Assembly: GCA_040756235.1 (NCBI GenBank)
Contig: JBFLZG010000014.1
Coordinates: 1 to 41,565, forward strand
DNA: 41,565 nucleotides
Direction: 5' to 3'
Source of the DNA: a bacterium
GTDB lineage: Bacteria > Desulfobacterota > DSWW01
Shown here: positions 1 to 8,015 of the stretch, piece after piece
Position numbering within the stretch: the first letter of the stretch is position 1
Layout of the letters: each line of letters starts with the position of its first letter
Program-made: the position numbers and the translations under genes
The notes under the pieces: generated by a model
What the model was told of the DNA's origin: nothing
Seen by the model: the letters and a program-made list of their open reading frames with translations, nothing else
Databases searched by the model: none

Positions 1-39
1 GGTCGAGGTGGGGAAGCAGATTCAGGAGAAGGCGGGTCT

Positions 40-168
40 GGGAGGCTGTCCATAAATGCCCATCTGCTGCGTTGCACTCATCCTTCGTAATTGCGGCGTA
101 AAGCCATGTACGCCTCATTCCTCAGGATTTCGTGCGCCTTGCATCTGGACATTTCTGAACAGCCTCCC
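40..168 (-). repeat. ~125-bp structured dispersed repeat / MITE-like element, family A, copy 1
   Basis: Terminal inverted repeat GGGAGGCTGT...ACAGCCTCCC. Reverse complement aligns with 35581-35707 and 7130-7250 (core CAGATGCAAGGCGC...GCAACGCNGCAGATGGGC). Confidence 0.85.
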
Positions 169-255
169 GGAGCCGAATTCTCGGAGAGGGTACTAACCTG
201 CGTCCATGGTAGACGGGCTGACCCCGCGGACGGTTCCCGGGGAGGAGAGCACCAT

Positions 256-1287
256 ATGAGCGCCAAGAAAAGTCCGAGCCGCTCCCCGGGCAGCCGGACC
301 GCCGGCAGCCGCAAGAGAAACGTGCTCGTCACCGGGGTGACCGGAACGATCGGCAGCCGTCTGGCCGAGGCTCTCTACTACGACAAGAACGTCGGCGCCA
401 TCTTCGGCGTTGCCAAGGGGGACAAGCCGTACTTCTTCAACCAGTTCGACGCGAAGAGGTTCATCTACAAGAACCTCAACATCCTGAGGCCCCGGGACCT
501 GACCAACCTCTTCCTCTCCGGGCAGTTCAAGGATGCCAGGATCGACACGGTCGTCCACCTCGCCTTCTTCAACCGCATGTACCGGCCCGGCTCCAAGGAG
601 TCCCATCACAGCCTGAACGTGGAAGGGACGCGCGACCTCCTGGACAAGTGCATCGAGAGCCCGTCCGTGACGAAGTTCATTTTCAAGTCGAGCGACGTCG
701 TATACAAGATCCGGCCTCACAATCCGATCTACCTGGACGAGAACGCGGACCTCAACTTCGATCCGGACGTGGATCCGTGGATCAAGGACCGGGTGGACGC
801 GGACATGATCTGTCAGTCCAGGAAGGACAACGGCAAGGTCAAGATCGTGATCCTGCGCTGCTCCAACATCATCGGCCGCATGGTCTCGAGCCAGATGAAC
901 GCTTACTTCGACTCGCCCATCACCTTCAAGGCCATGGGCTTCAACCCGCTCATCAACCTGATCCACATGGACGACGTGATCCAGGCGATCCAGCTCTCCA
1001 TCCAGAAGAACGTGGCAGGCGTCTTCAACATCGCGGGCGCCGATACGGCCCCGATCTCGACGTTCGGAGAGATCAACCGCTCCCGCATGCTTTCCCTGCC
1101 TTCCCCGCTGCTCAAGCCCGTGAACGCCGTGATGCGCAGGCTGGGCATGACCCGCTACTACTACTCCGTCGATGCGGACCGTTTGAAGTACAGTGTGCTG
1201 CTGGATACGAGCAAGGCGCAGAAAGTGCTGGGGTTCAAGCCCAGGAGCCACGTCTATTTCCAGCACGGCAGCCAGCACCAGGAGTAG
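256..1287 (+). CDS. NAD-dependent epimerase/dehydratase family protein (extended SDR, atypical active site)
   Basis: VLVTGVTGTIG Rossmann motif, VVHLA, NVEGT, IHMDDV and FNIAG. GGAGGAG RBS before ATG 256. No clear YxxxK. Confidence 0.85.
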   Translation: MSAKKSPSRSPGSRTAGSRKRNVLVTGVTGTIGSRLAEALYYDKNVGAIFGVAKGDKPYFFNQFDAKRFIYKNLNILRPRDLTNLFLSGQFKDARIDTVVHLAFFNRMYRPGSKESHHSLNVEGTRDLLDKCIESPSVTKFIFKSSDVVYKIRPHNPIYLDENADLNFDPDVDPWIKDRVDADMICQSRKDNGKVKIVILRCSNIIGRMVSSQMNAYFDSPITFKAMGFNPLINLIHMDDVIQAIQLSIQKNVAGVFNIAGADTAPISTFGEINRSRMLSLPSPLLKPVNAVMRRLGMTRYYYSVDADRLKYSVLLDTSKAQKVLGFKPRSHVYFQHGSQHQE

Positions 1288-1310
1288 GTGTCAGGTATCA
1301 GCTTTCAGGT
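1286..1310 (-). repeat. Heptamer tandem repeat (CCTGANA)x3
   Basis: Reverse complement ACCTGAAAGCTGATACCTGACACCT matches 41186-41210 at 24/25 positions. Confidence 0.7.
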
Positions 1311-1323
1311 AAGGGGCCTCTTC

Positions 1324-2397
1324 TCAGGCCGAGGGCAGCAAGGGGCGGGCGAAATCCAGCAGATTGACGGTCAGCTGGGAGACCTGCAGCGAGATCCGCT
1401 TCCGATATCCTTCCGCGTCTCCGCCTATCTGGAAGGGGAGCGCAGCCGAGAAGGTGAGATCCACTCCTTCGGCGAGATAGTCCACCACGTTCGAGCTCCT
1501 GTAGGTCCCCTGCCAGATCGAGGCGGCGTGGGCCAGAAGCTCGGGGACGCCCGCCTTGATGATCCGCACGTGCATCAGCCCGGGCCTTGCCATGGCGTAG
1601 GGAAAGGCCTTGAGGTGGTAGCCGTAATAGGGGGTGGTGGCCACGCCGACCATGTTGCAGGAGCCGGCGTAGAAAGCTTCGCCGGGAGGGCACTCCAGCG
1701 GCTGGATGGAGCGGTCATCCCGGATGCGGTAGAGGCGGGTGCCGACGCACCTGGCAATGGCCTGGGTCGGTTTATGCGTGAGCGCCACCGTGGGAATCGT
1801 GCGCAGCAGGATGGCCGCCAGGTAGCCGACCAGGTTCTGGGTGAACCGGGTCAGCCAGGGGGCCTGAAACTTCTCCTTGAGCCACGCGTAATCGTTGAGG
1901 ATCTGCGCGTCCCACCCGAGACCGCAAAAGGTGAAGCACTTTCCTTCGGCTTCGATCATGTTGAACCGCCGCGTGGCGAAATCGCGGCCCCTCGCCAGAA
2001 GCTGGACCGGCTTCAGCCCGGGACCGATGCCCAGCACCGGCGCCAGGCTGTTCCCGGTGCCCAGCCTGAGCACCCCGAACTCCGGCATGGTGAGCCGCGA
2101 GAGGCCGTCTCTGGCTTGGCGGCCCATCTTGTGGAGTTGCGCGTTCTTTTCCTCCAGGCAGTGCTTGGCCGAGCTCAGCAGATGGGAAAAAGTGCCGTCC
2201 CCCCCTCCACTGATGATCCGGTGATAACCGCGGTCCAGAGCTTCCCGGATGATGTGTTGGGCCTCTTCCTTGGTGCGGCTGGAGTAAAGGGAGATGCGGG
2301 GGACGATCTTCTCGGCCGAGCCGTGGACCCGCCGGGTCACCTTGCGGGCGTTCTCGTTCAGGATGACGACGAACTCTTTGGAGCGATTTCGTTCCAT
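1324..2397 (-). CDS. Diacylglycerol/lipid kinase family protein
   Basis: ILNENA, SGGGDGTF, LGTGNSLA, GLGWDA and FQIGGD motifs of the DAGK/YegS family. Start could be 2424. Confidence 0.85.
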   Translation of the reverse strand: MERNRSKEFVVILNENARKVTRRVHGSAEKIVPRISLYSSRTKEEAQHIIREALDRGYHRIISGGGDGTFSHLLSSAKHCLEEKNAQLHKMGRQARDGLSRLTMPEFGVLRLGTGNSLAPVLGIGPGLKPVQLLARGRDFATRRFNMIEAEGKCFTFCGLGWDAQILNDYAWLKEKFQAPWLTRFTQNLVGYLAAILLRTIPTVALTHKPTQAIARCVGTRLYRIRDDRSIQPLECPPGEAFYAGSCNMVGVATTPYYGYHLKAFPYAMARPGLMHVRIIKAGVPELLAHAASIWQGTYRSSNVVDYLAEGVDLTFSAALPFQIGGDAEGYRKRISLQVSQLTVNLLDFARPLLPSA

Positions 2398-2543
2398 GAA
2401 GAACCTTAACCAGCCTCGAGTCACACCTAGACAACATGATAGTCAGCGACTCGGAAGCGAGTCAAGGTAGCGGGCACGCTGCAGCATGCCGTACGGGTCG
2501 AGATGGTTCTCTTGGGAGGGGAAAGCAGGTATAAGATCACGTC

Positions 2544-5327
2544 ATGCGGGCATACATCAGATGGCTTTGCGAAATCGGGCTCGAGGACGTGGGCGAGGTC
2601 GGCGGCAAGGCGGCTCACCTGGGATCCCTGACTCGGGCCGGCTTCCCGGTGCCGCGCGGGTTTTCGATCCTGGCCGCGGCCTTCGACCTGTTCATGGAGG
2701 AGAACCGATTACGGGCCCGGGCTTCAGCCCTCCTCGGGCCCGCGGATCTGAAAGATCTCGGCGGCCTGCGAGATCGATGCGAGTCCTTGCGGCATGTTTT
2801 CCTCGAAGCGATCCTCCCTGAACCGATCGAGCGCGTGATCCGTGCGGCCTATGGGGTGTTGAGCGCGCAGGAGGGGTCTGATCTCCTGCCGGTCTCGGTC
2901 CGCTCCAGCGTCACGACTCCGGACCTGGCCCGGACCTCCTTCCCCGGACAGATGGATACTTACCACAACATTCGGGATGCGGACGCCCTCCCTGTTTTCG
3001 TGAAGAGATGCTGGGCCTCGGTCTGGAGCTTCGGGGCCGTGGCCCACCGGATCGCAATCGGACTTGATCCCTTCTTCATCAGGATCGCTCCGGTGGTGCA
3101 GCGTTTTCTCCCCGCGGACGCGGCCGGGGTGCTCTTCACCGTGAATCCTCTGGATGCTTCGGCCCCGGAGATGGTGATCGACGCCTGTTTCGGTCTGGGC
3201 GAGGCGGTCGTCAGCGGCCGGTTCGAGCAGGACCGGTTCGTGGTCGGGCGCAACTCCACGCAGGTCTTGAGTGAGCGGATCGGCCGGAAGGCCAGGAGGA
3301 TCGCTGCCGATGCGGGCAGGGGGCAGGGTACGAGAGAGCTTGCGGTCCCGGAGGAAGAGGCCGTCAGGCCCTGCCTCCGCAAGGAGCAGATCCTGGAGCT
3401 CGCCGAGACGGGCAAGGCGATCGAGAGGCATTTCGGGGCGCCTCAGGACATCGAGTGGGCCTATGCCGAAGGATCTCTCCACATCCTTCAGTCCCGGCCC
3501 GCCCGGATCCTGAGCCCGGCCGTGAGTGGGTCCCGCTGTGTCGGCCCGGCGAGCGGCGGCGGTGATCGGGAAGCGCCGCCATCAGAGTGGACGTCGGCTT
3601 CCGATACGCCGGTCGACCCGGCCCGCTCCTGCTACACGGCTGCCAACATCCGAGAGGCCGTTCCGGGCGTTCTCACGCCCCTGAGCCTGGAGGGACTTCG
3701 GTTCCTCGAGAACGGCTTCCGCGAGGCCAACCGGCGCCTGGGCATTCTCTCCGGACGGGAGCTGGCGGGCAAGGATTTCTTTTTCGTGGGCTCATTCTAC
3801 GGAAGGGCCTTTCTCAACCTGAGCGCTTTCCGGGAAATCACGTCGCGGGTTCCGGGAGCGTCCGCCTGGGAGCTCGAACGGGAAGAGGCCGACGCCGACC
3901 CGGGTGCGGCCGCGGTGGGCAAGCGGGGAATCCTTGCACATCCCTTCTTTCTGGGCAGAGTGGGGGTCCGGGCCCTGGCCCGCCTTCACCGCCTCCCCCG
4001 GGAGGCGCGGGAGTGCCGGGCCCGGGTGGAGCAGAAGGCCAGGGCCGACAGGGATTCGATCCGGAGCCGCGAAGTCTCGAACACCGAGCTTCGCTCCCTG
4101 CTTGAGGCCGGCAGGGGGCAAGCCCAGGAAGCCATGACGCTTCACCTGGAGGTTTCCCAGTTCGCCGTCTTCTTTTACGAGGCGCTCCGGAGGCTGACCG
4201 CGCGCTGGCTGGGTGATCGCGACGGCAGCCTGGCCGCGCGGCTCGTGGCCGGGCTCGGCACGCTCGAGAGCGCCCGGCCGGGATGGGAGCTCCGGAGGCT
4301 GGCCGACCGGGCTGCCCGGTCCCCCGTTCTGCGCGAGATCTTCGCCGCCCATCGGCCGGGCGAGATAGGACCTGTGCTGGAGCGGGCCGGGGGCCCCGAG
4401 GAGGCTTCCTTCAAGGCCGAGCTGGCCGCCTTCATGGACCGGTACGGACACCGCGGCGCGCATGAGGCCGAGCTCATGGCGCCTTCCTGGGCAGAGGATC
4501 CGGGGTTCGTGTACGGCGCGATCCGGAGCTTTCTGGCCCGTACGGACCTGGAGTGCCCGGAAGCCCTCGAGGGCAGACAGGCTCGGGAAGGAAAGCAGGC
4601 CGAAAGCGCGGCCCGGGCCGGCTTGCGGCCCTGGCGGCGTCCGCTGTTCGGCCACGTCCTCGCACGGGCAAGGCGGTTCATCGTTTTGCGGGAGGCCATG
4701 AAGGAGACGCTGGTTAGAGGGCTGGCGGTGAGCAAGCTCCTCTTCCGCACGGCGGGCTCCCGGCTGTTTGCCGCAGGAGCGCTCGAGGACTGCCATGATG
4801 TCTACTTCCTCCGGGAGGACGAGATGCTCGATCTCCTCGGGGGCCGTGCACCGGACCCCGGGCTGAGGGAGCGCCTGGAGCGGCGCAAGCGCGAATATCA
4901 CTGGAACCAAAGGGTCGATCTGCCCGAGAGGTTCGAAGGCCGGCCCAGCCCTCTGCGCTCGGAGCCGGAGCCGAAGCCTCGAGGGGCCGGGCTCGTGCTT
5001 CGAGGCATCCCGGCCTCTCCCGGCCGGGCCTGCGGCCCGGCCCGGGTGGTCACGGACCTCGGAAGCGATCTGATCATCGAGCCCGGGGAGATCCTGGTGG
5101 TGCCCGTTGCGGACGCAGCGTGGGCGCAGCTGTTCCTCCTGGCCGCCGGACTGGTAGTGGAGATGGGCGGGCTCCTCTCACACGGGTCCATCGTGGCGCG
5201 GGAATACGGCCTGCCGGCGGTCGTGAACGTGAAGAAGGCTACGGCATGCTTGCGCACGGGCCAGAGAATAGAGGTGGACGGAAATTCAGGCGAAGTCCGG
5301 GCCCTGGAAGGGGATTGCAGCACCTGA
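2544..5327 (+). CDS. PEP/pyruvate-binding plus PEP-utilizer mobile-domain phosphotransferase (RPH/YvkC/PigC-like architecture)
   Basis: N-terminal ATP-grasp motifs VGGKA, VRSS, SFPGQ, GLGEAVVSG, QDIEWA and LQSRP; central helical domain with YGHRG; C-terminal phospho-His SHGSIVAREYG. Confidence 0.88.
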   Translation: MRAYIRWLCEIGLEDVGEVGGKAAHLGSLTRAGFPVPRGFSILAAAFDLFMEENRLRARASALLGPADLKDLGGLRDRCESLRHVFLEAILPEPIERVIRAAYGVLSAQEGSDLLPVSVRSSVTTPDLARTSFPGQMDTYHNIRDADALPVFVKRCWASVWSFGAVAHRIAIGLDPFFIRIAPVVQRFLPADAAGVLFTVNPLDASAPEMVIDACFGLGEAVVSGRFEQDRFVVGRNSTQVLSERIGRKARRIAADAGRGQGTRELAVPEEEAVRPCLRKEQILELAETGKAIERHFGAPQDIEWAYAEGSLHILQSRPARILSPAVSGSRCVGPASGGGDREAPPSEWTSASDTPVDPARSCYTAANIREAVPGVLTPLSLEGLRFLENGFREANRRLGILSGRELAGKDFFFVGSFYGRAFLNLSAFREITSRVPGASAWELEREEADADPGAAAVGKRGILAHPFFLGRVGVRALARLHRLPREARECRARVEQKARADRDSIRSREVSNTELRSLLEAGRGQAQEAMTLHLEVSQFAVFFYEALRRLTARWLGDRDGSLAARLVAGLGTLESARPGWELRRLADRAARSPVLREIFAAHRPGEIGPVLERAGGPEEASFKAELAAFMDRYGHRGAHEAELMAPSWAEDPGFVYGAIRSFLARTDLECPEALEGRQAREGKQAESAARAGLRPWRRPLFGHVLARARRFIVLREAMKETLVRGLAVSKLLFRTAGSRLFAAGALEDCHDVYFLREDEMLDLLGGRAPDPGLRERLERRKREYHWNQRVDLPERFEGRPSPLRSEPEPKPRGAGLVLRGIPASPGRACGPARVVTDLGSDLIIEPGEILVVPVADAAWAQLFLLAAGLVVEMGGLLSHGSIVAREYGLPAVVNVKKATACLRTGQRIEVDGNSGEVRALEGDCST

Positions 5328-5375
5328 AAGGTTCCGGGGTTTTCGTCATCCCGACCCATGCTGGCATATGGGGCT

Positions 5376-5442
5376 TGTAGGGGCGCTGCCTGCTGCGCCC
5401 GTCTTGGGATCCAGCCGGGGCGACCGGCCGGTCGCCCCTACA
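5376..5442. repeat. GTAG-type REP doublet (REPIN-like)
   Basis: TGTAGGGGCG...CGCCC followed by inverted GGGGCGACCGGCCGGTCGCCCCTACA. Related unit at 20377-20401. Confidence 0.7.
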
Positions 5443-5527
5443 AACCCCGGGGACCGGGGAATGGATTCCGAGTGCAGCCTCCCGGCCAATGCCCTGCAGC
5501 GGTGTCTCTGAGGAAAGGAGGATTCAG

Positions 5528-6685
5528 ATGGAACGCTACCCGGGCTGGAATCTCACGGCCGCTCAGCGGGCCCGTGCAGAGCTGCTCGGACTGGCCCTGG
5601 CCGCGGCCAGGAGGCTCAAGGGGCAGGGAGGATGTCTGACCGCCCCGTCCGAGCTCCACCACGAACACAACGCGAGCCCCTACTGGAACGAGAGCTACTA
5701 TTTCAACTTCACGGACCTTGCCGGGCGCATCGGCGGGTTCACACGGATCGGCATGGTGCCCAACCAGAAGACGGCCATTGCGATCCTCTTCCTGTTCCTC
5801 GAAGACGGCGGGATCCTGATGACGAGCCAGACCGAGCCGATCGAGGCGAGCCGCGACGACGTGTCTGTGGGGGCTCTGCGCTACGAGCGGGCCCGGGCGC
5901 TCTGGGAATGGAGAATCCTTTTCAAAGGAAGCATGCTCCGCCTGTCCGACCCGCGCGATCTTGCCCGGCTCGGCCAGGACGAGCCCAGCGCGGTTTCGTC
6001 TCCGCAGGGGTTCTGCGCGGAGGAGGTCGACCTGGAGCTTTCATTCATCGGCTGGTCTCCCTGCCACGACTTCAAGGACGTGGACCCGCATTTCATCGCG
6101 GAGCGGTTCGTGTCCGGGCGCTCGCGGCTGGAGGACCTCAGGGCCATGGGTAAGGTCGCCTCCGAGCACTACGAGCAGGTCGGCGAGGTGGCGGGGAGCA
6201 TCACCATCGGCGGCCGCACGATCTCCTTCCAGGGCAGCGGACAGCGGGACCACAGCTGGGGCGAGCGGGACTGGAAGGCCCCGCGTGGCTGGACCTGGCT
6301 CACGGCCCAGTTCGGCAAGGATCTGGGGTTCAACCTGAGCCGAGTCATGATCCGGAGCCTGGATCTCTTCAACGGCTACGTGAGCCGCAACGGCCGCAAC
6401 TACCGCCTCCGCAGGGCCCGTCTCGAGACCGCGTTCGAGGCCGATGGCCAGACACAGAAGTCGATCCGGATCCGGCTCCAGGACACGAGCGGCTGGGAAG
6501 CCGAGATCGAGGGCAGCCCCCGGAACGTGGTGCCCCTGACTCTGACGGAAGGGTCCCACCGCACCCGGGTGAACGAGGCGTTCACCCTGTACCGCTGGGG
6601 GGGCCGCGAAGGGTATGGGATATCGGAGTACCTGCACCAGCTCACCTGCAAGGCCGGGCCGTCATCCCCGGCCAAGGCCGTGTAG
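5528..6685 (+). CDS. Hypothetical protein, lipocalin/AttH/tocopherol-cyclase-like fold
   Basis: WNESYYFNF, HYEQ, QRDHSWG and GYGISEY motifs. Strong RBS AAAGGAGG before ATG 5528. Confidence 0.7.
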   Translation: MERYPGWNLTAAQRARAELLGLALAAARRLKGQGGCLTAPSELHHEHNASPYWNESYYFNFTDLAGRIGGFTRIGMVPNQKTAIAILFLFLEDGGILMTSQTEPIEASRDDVSVGALRYERARALWEWRILFKGSMLRLSDPRDLARLGQDEPSAVSSPQGFCAEEVDLELSFIGWSPCHDFKDVDPHFIAERFVSGRSRLEDLRAMGKVASEHYEQVGEVAGSITIGGRTISFQGSGQRDHSWGERDWKAPRGWTWLTAQFGKDLGFNLSRVMIRSLDLFNGYVSRNGRNYRLRRARLETAFEADGQTQKSIRIRLQDTSGWEAEIEGSPRNVVPLTLTEGSHRTRVNEAFTLYRWGGREGYGISEYLHQLTCKAGPSSPAKAV

Positions 6686-6730
6686 CGGCCGCGAGCCGGG
6701 ATCCCCCGAAGCAGCGGGATCCCCGCTTTC

Positions 6731-6939
6731 GCGGCTGTGTCATAAGCCGGTCAAACCCTCGTGCGACCACTCATTCCGGAGGACTCGGAGGCGCGGCCGC
6801 ATGATTTCCGTCATTCCGGCGAAGGCCGGAATCCAGCCCCTGCGCCCAGTTACCACACCTGGTCTTGGTGCACCCTTCTGGATCCCGGCTCCCACGCGCT
6901 TCGCACATGGGCCGGGATGACGAATTGTGACACAGCCTC
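6731..6939 (+). mobile_element. 209-bp MITE-like element, family B, copy 1, with TTTC target duplication
   Basis: TIRs GCGGCTGTGTCATAA / TTGTGACACAGCCTC. TTTC at 6727-6730 and 6940-6943. Same-length inverted copy at 22024-22232. Confidence 0.85.
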
Positions 6940-7000
6940 TTTCGCGGGAATGACGTGCTTCGGAGCCGGGGTGGACGCGAAGTTCCGCAATTCGACCGTA

Positions 7001-7029
7001 TTGATAATCACGCCTGCCGCGGGTAAAAT
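7001..7029 (+). promoter_or_regulatory. Putative sigma70 promoter of the hdr-flx operon
   Basis: TTGATA-N17-TAAAAT in otherwise GC-rich DNA upstream of hdrC. Confidence 0.6.
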
Positions 7030-7129
7030 AGTCCTTCCCGCTTGCGGCAACATGAAGCCAGTCGTGCGCCTCGAGAACTTACAGCCGAAAGATATGCTTT
7101 CACCGGCTTTGGAACATTCCAGAATGTGC

Positions 7130-7250
7130 AGGCCGTTCAAAAAGGTCCAGATGCAAGGCGCGCGAAGTTTGAGGAACGAGGCGTACTCACCGTACGCCGC
7201 AGTGACGATAAACGAGCGCAACGCAGCAGATGGGCTTTTTTCAACGGCCT
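7130..7250 (+). repeat. Family A structured repeat, copy 2, in the hdrC leader
   Basis: AGGCCGTTCAAAAAG...CTTTTTTCAACGGCCT ends with the family A core. Ends 3 nt before the AAGGAG RBS of hdrC. Confidence 0.85.
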
Positions 7251-7264
7251 ACTAAGGAGCCCTC

Positions 7265-7885
7265 ATGAAGTACCAAATCCGGCTGTCCGGCGGCCAAGGC
7301 CGACTTGCCCGGGAGATCCAGGTTCGGTGCGGAGTGGATCTTGCCAAGTGCTACCAGTGCGGGGAGTGCACGGCAGGCTGCCCCATGACGCCGGATATGG
7401 ACGCCGGGCCGACCAAGACCCTGCGCTTCATCCAGCTCGGCATGGAGCAGGAGCTGTTCAGGCTGAACACCCCGTGGCTCTGCGCTTCGTGCGAGACCTG
7501 CACCTCCCGCTGTCCCAACGACATCGACATCGCCCTGGTCATGGACGTGGTGCGCCAGATGGCCAGGCTCAGAGGCGGGCCGATCCCGGTCCGGGAGCCC
7601 AAGGTGTTCCAGGACGCCTTCCTCAAGTCGATCGAGGACTTCGGCAGGCTCTACGAGCCCGGGCTCATCGCCTCCTACAACCTGAAGAGCTTCCACCCCC
7701 TGAAGGACGTGGCCCTCGGGCCCAAGATGCTCCTCAAGGGCAAGCTTCCCTTGCTGCCGCACCGCTCCAGGAACCGGGACAAGCTCCGGGAGATCATGGA
7801 AAGGGCCCGGGCCCACGAGCAGGAGCAGGGCGTGAAGGCGGCCCGGGAGGCCTCCCACGGCGGTCACGGTCATGAGGGACACTGA
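7265..7885 (+). CDS. hdrC: Heterodisulfide reductase subunit C
   Basis: CYQCGECTAGCP and WLCASCETCTSRCP 4Fe-4S motifs, GRLYE, and position upstream of hdrB. Confidence 0.92.
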   Translation: MKYQIRLSGGQGRLAREIQVRCGVDLAKCYQCGECTAGCPMTPDMDAGPTKTLRFIQLGMEQELFRLNTPWLCASCETCTSRCPNDIDIALVMDVVRQMARLRGGPIPVREPKVFQDAFLKSIEDFGRLYEPGLIASYNLKSFHPLKDVALGPKMLLKGKLPLLPHRSRNRDKLREIMERARAHEQEQGVKAAREASHGGHGHEGH

Positions 7886-7897
7886 GTCCATTGACCC

Positions 7898-7982
7898 ACT
7901 CCCCGCCGGGGACAGGGTAGGGTGAGAGGGACACCCTGTCACCCCTCAACCTGACCTTCTCTCCTCGGAGGGGAGAAGGGAG
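7898..7982. repeat. CCCTCTCCC/GGGAGAGGG-type palindromic repeat (family C), between hdrC and hdrB
   Basis: CTCCCCGCCGGGGACAGGGTAGGGTGAGAGGG...CCCCTCAACCTGACCTTCTCTCCTCGGAGGGGAGAAGG. Degenerate relative of 11059-11160 and 17600-17702. Confidence 0.65.
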
Positions 7983-8015
7983 GAAAAGGGGGCAACAGAT
8001 CGGCCCACCGCAAGG

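Noticed and set aside
2544..5327. Calling this gene ppsA or rph
   Set aside because: It lacks the C-terminal pyruvate-binding barrel of PEP synthase, and rifampin specificity cannot be judged from motifs.
6761..7255. ORFs 6761-7255, 6850-7221, 20301-20759 and 22043-22324
   Set aside because: They are translations of repeat elements (VIPAKAGIQ, RNEAY), not genes.
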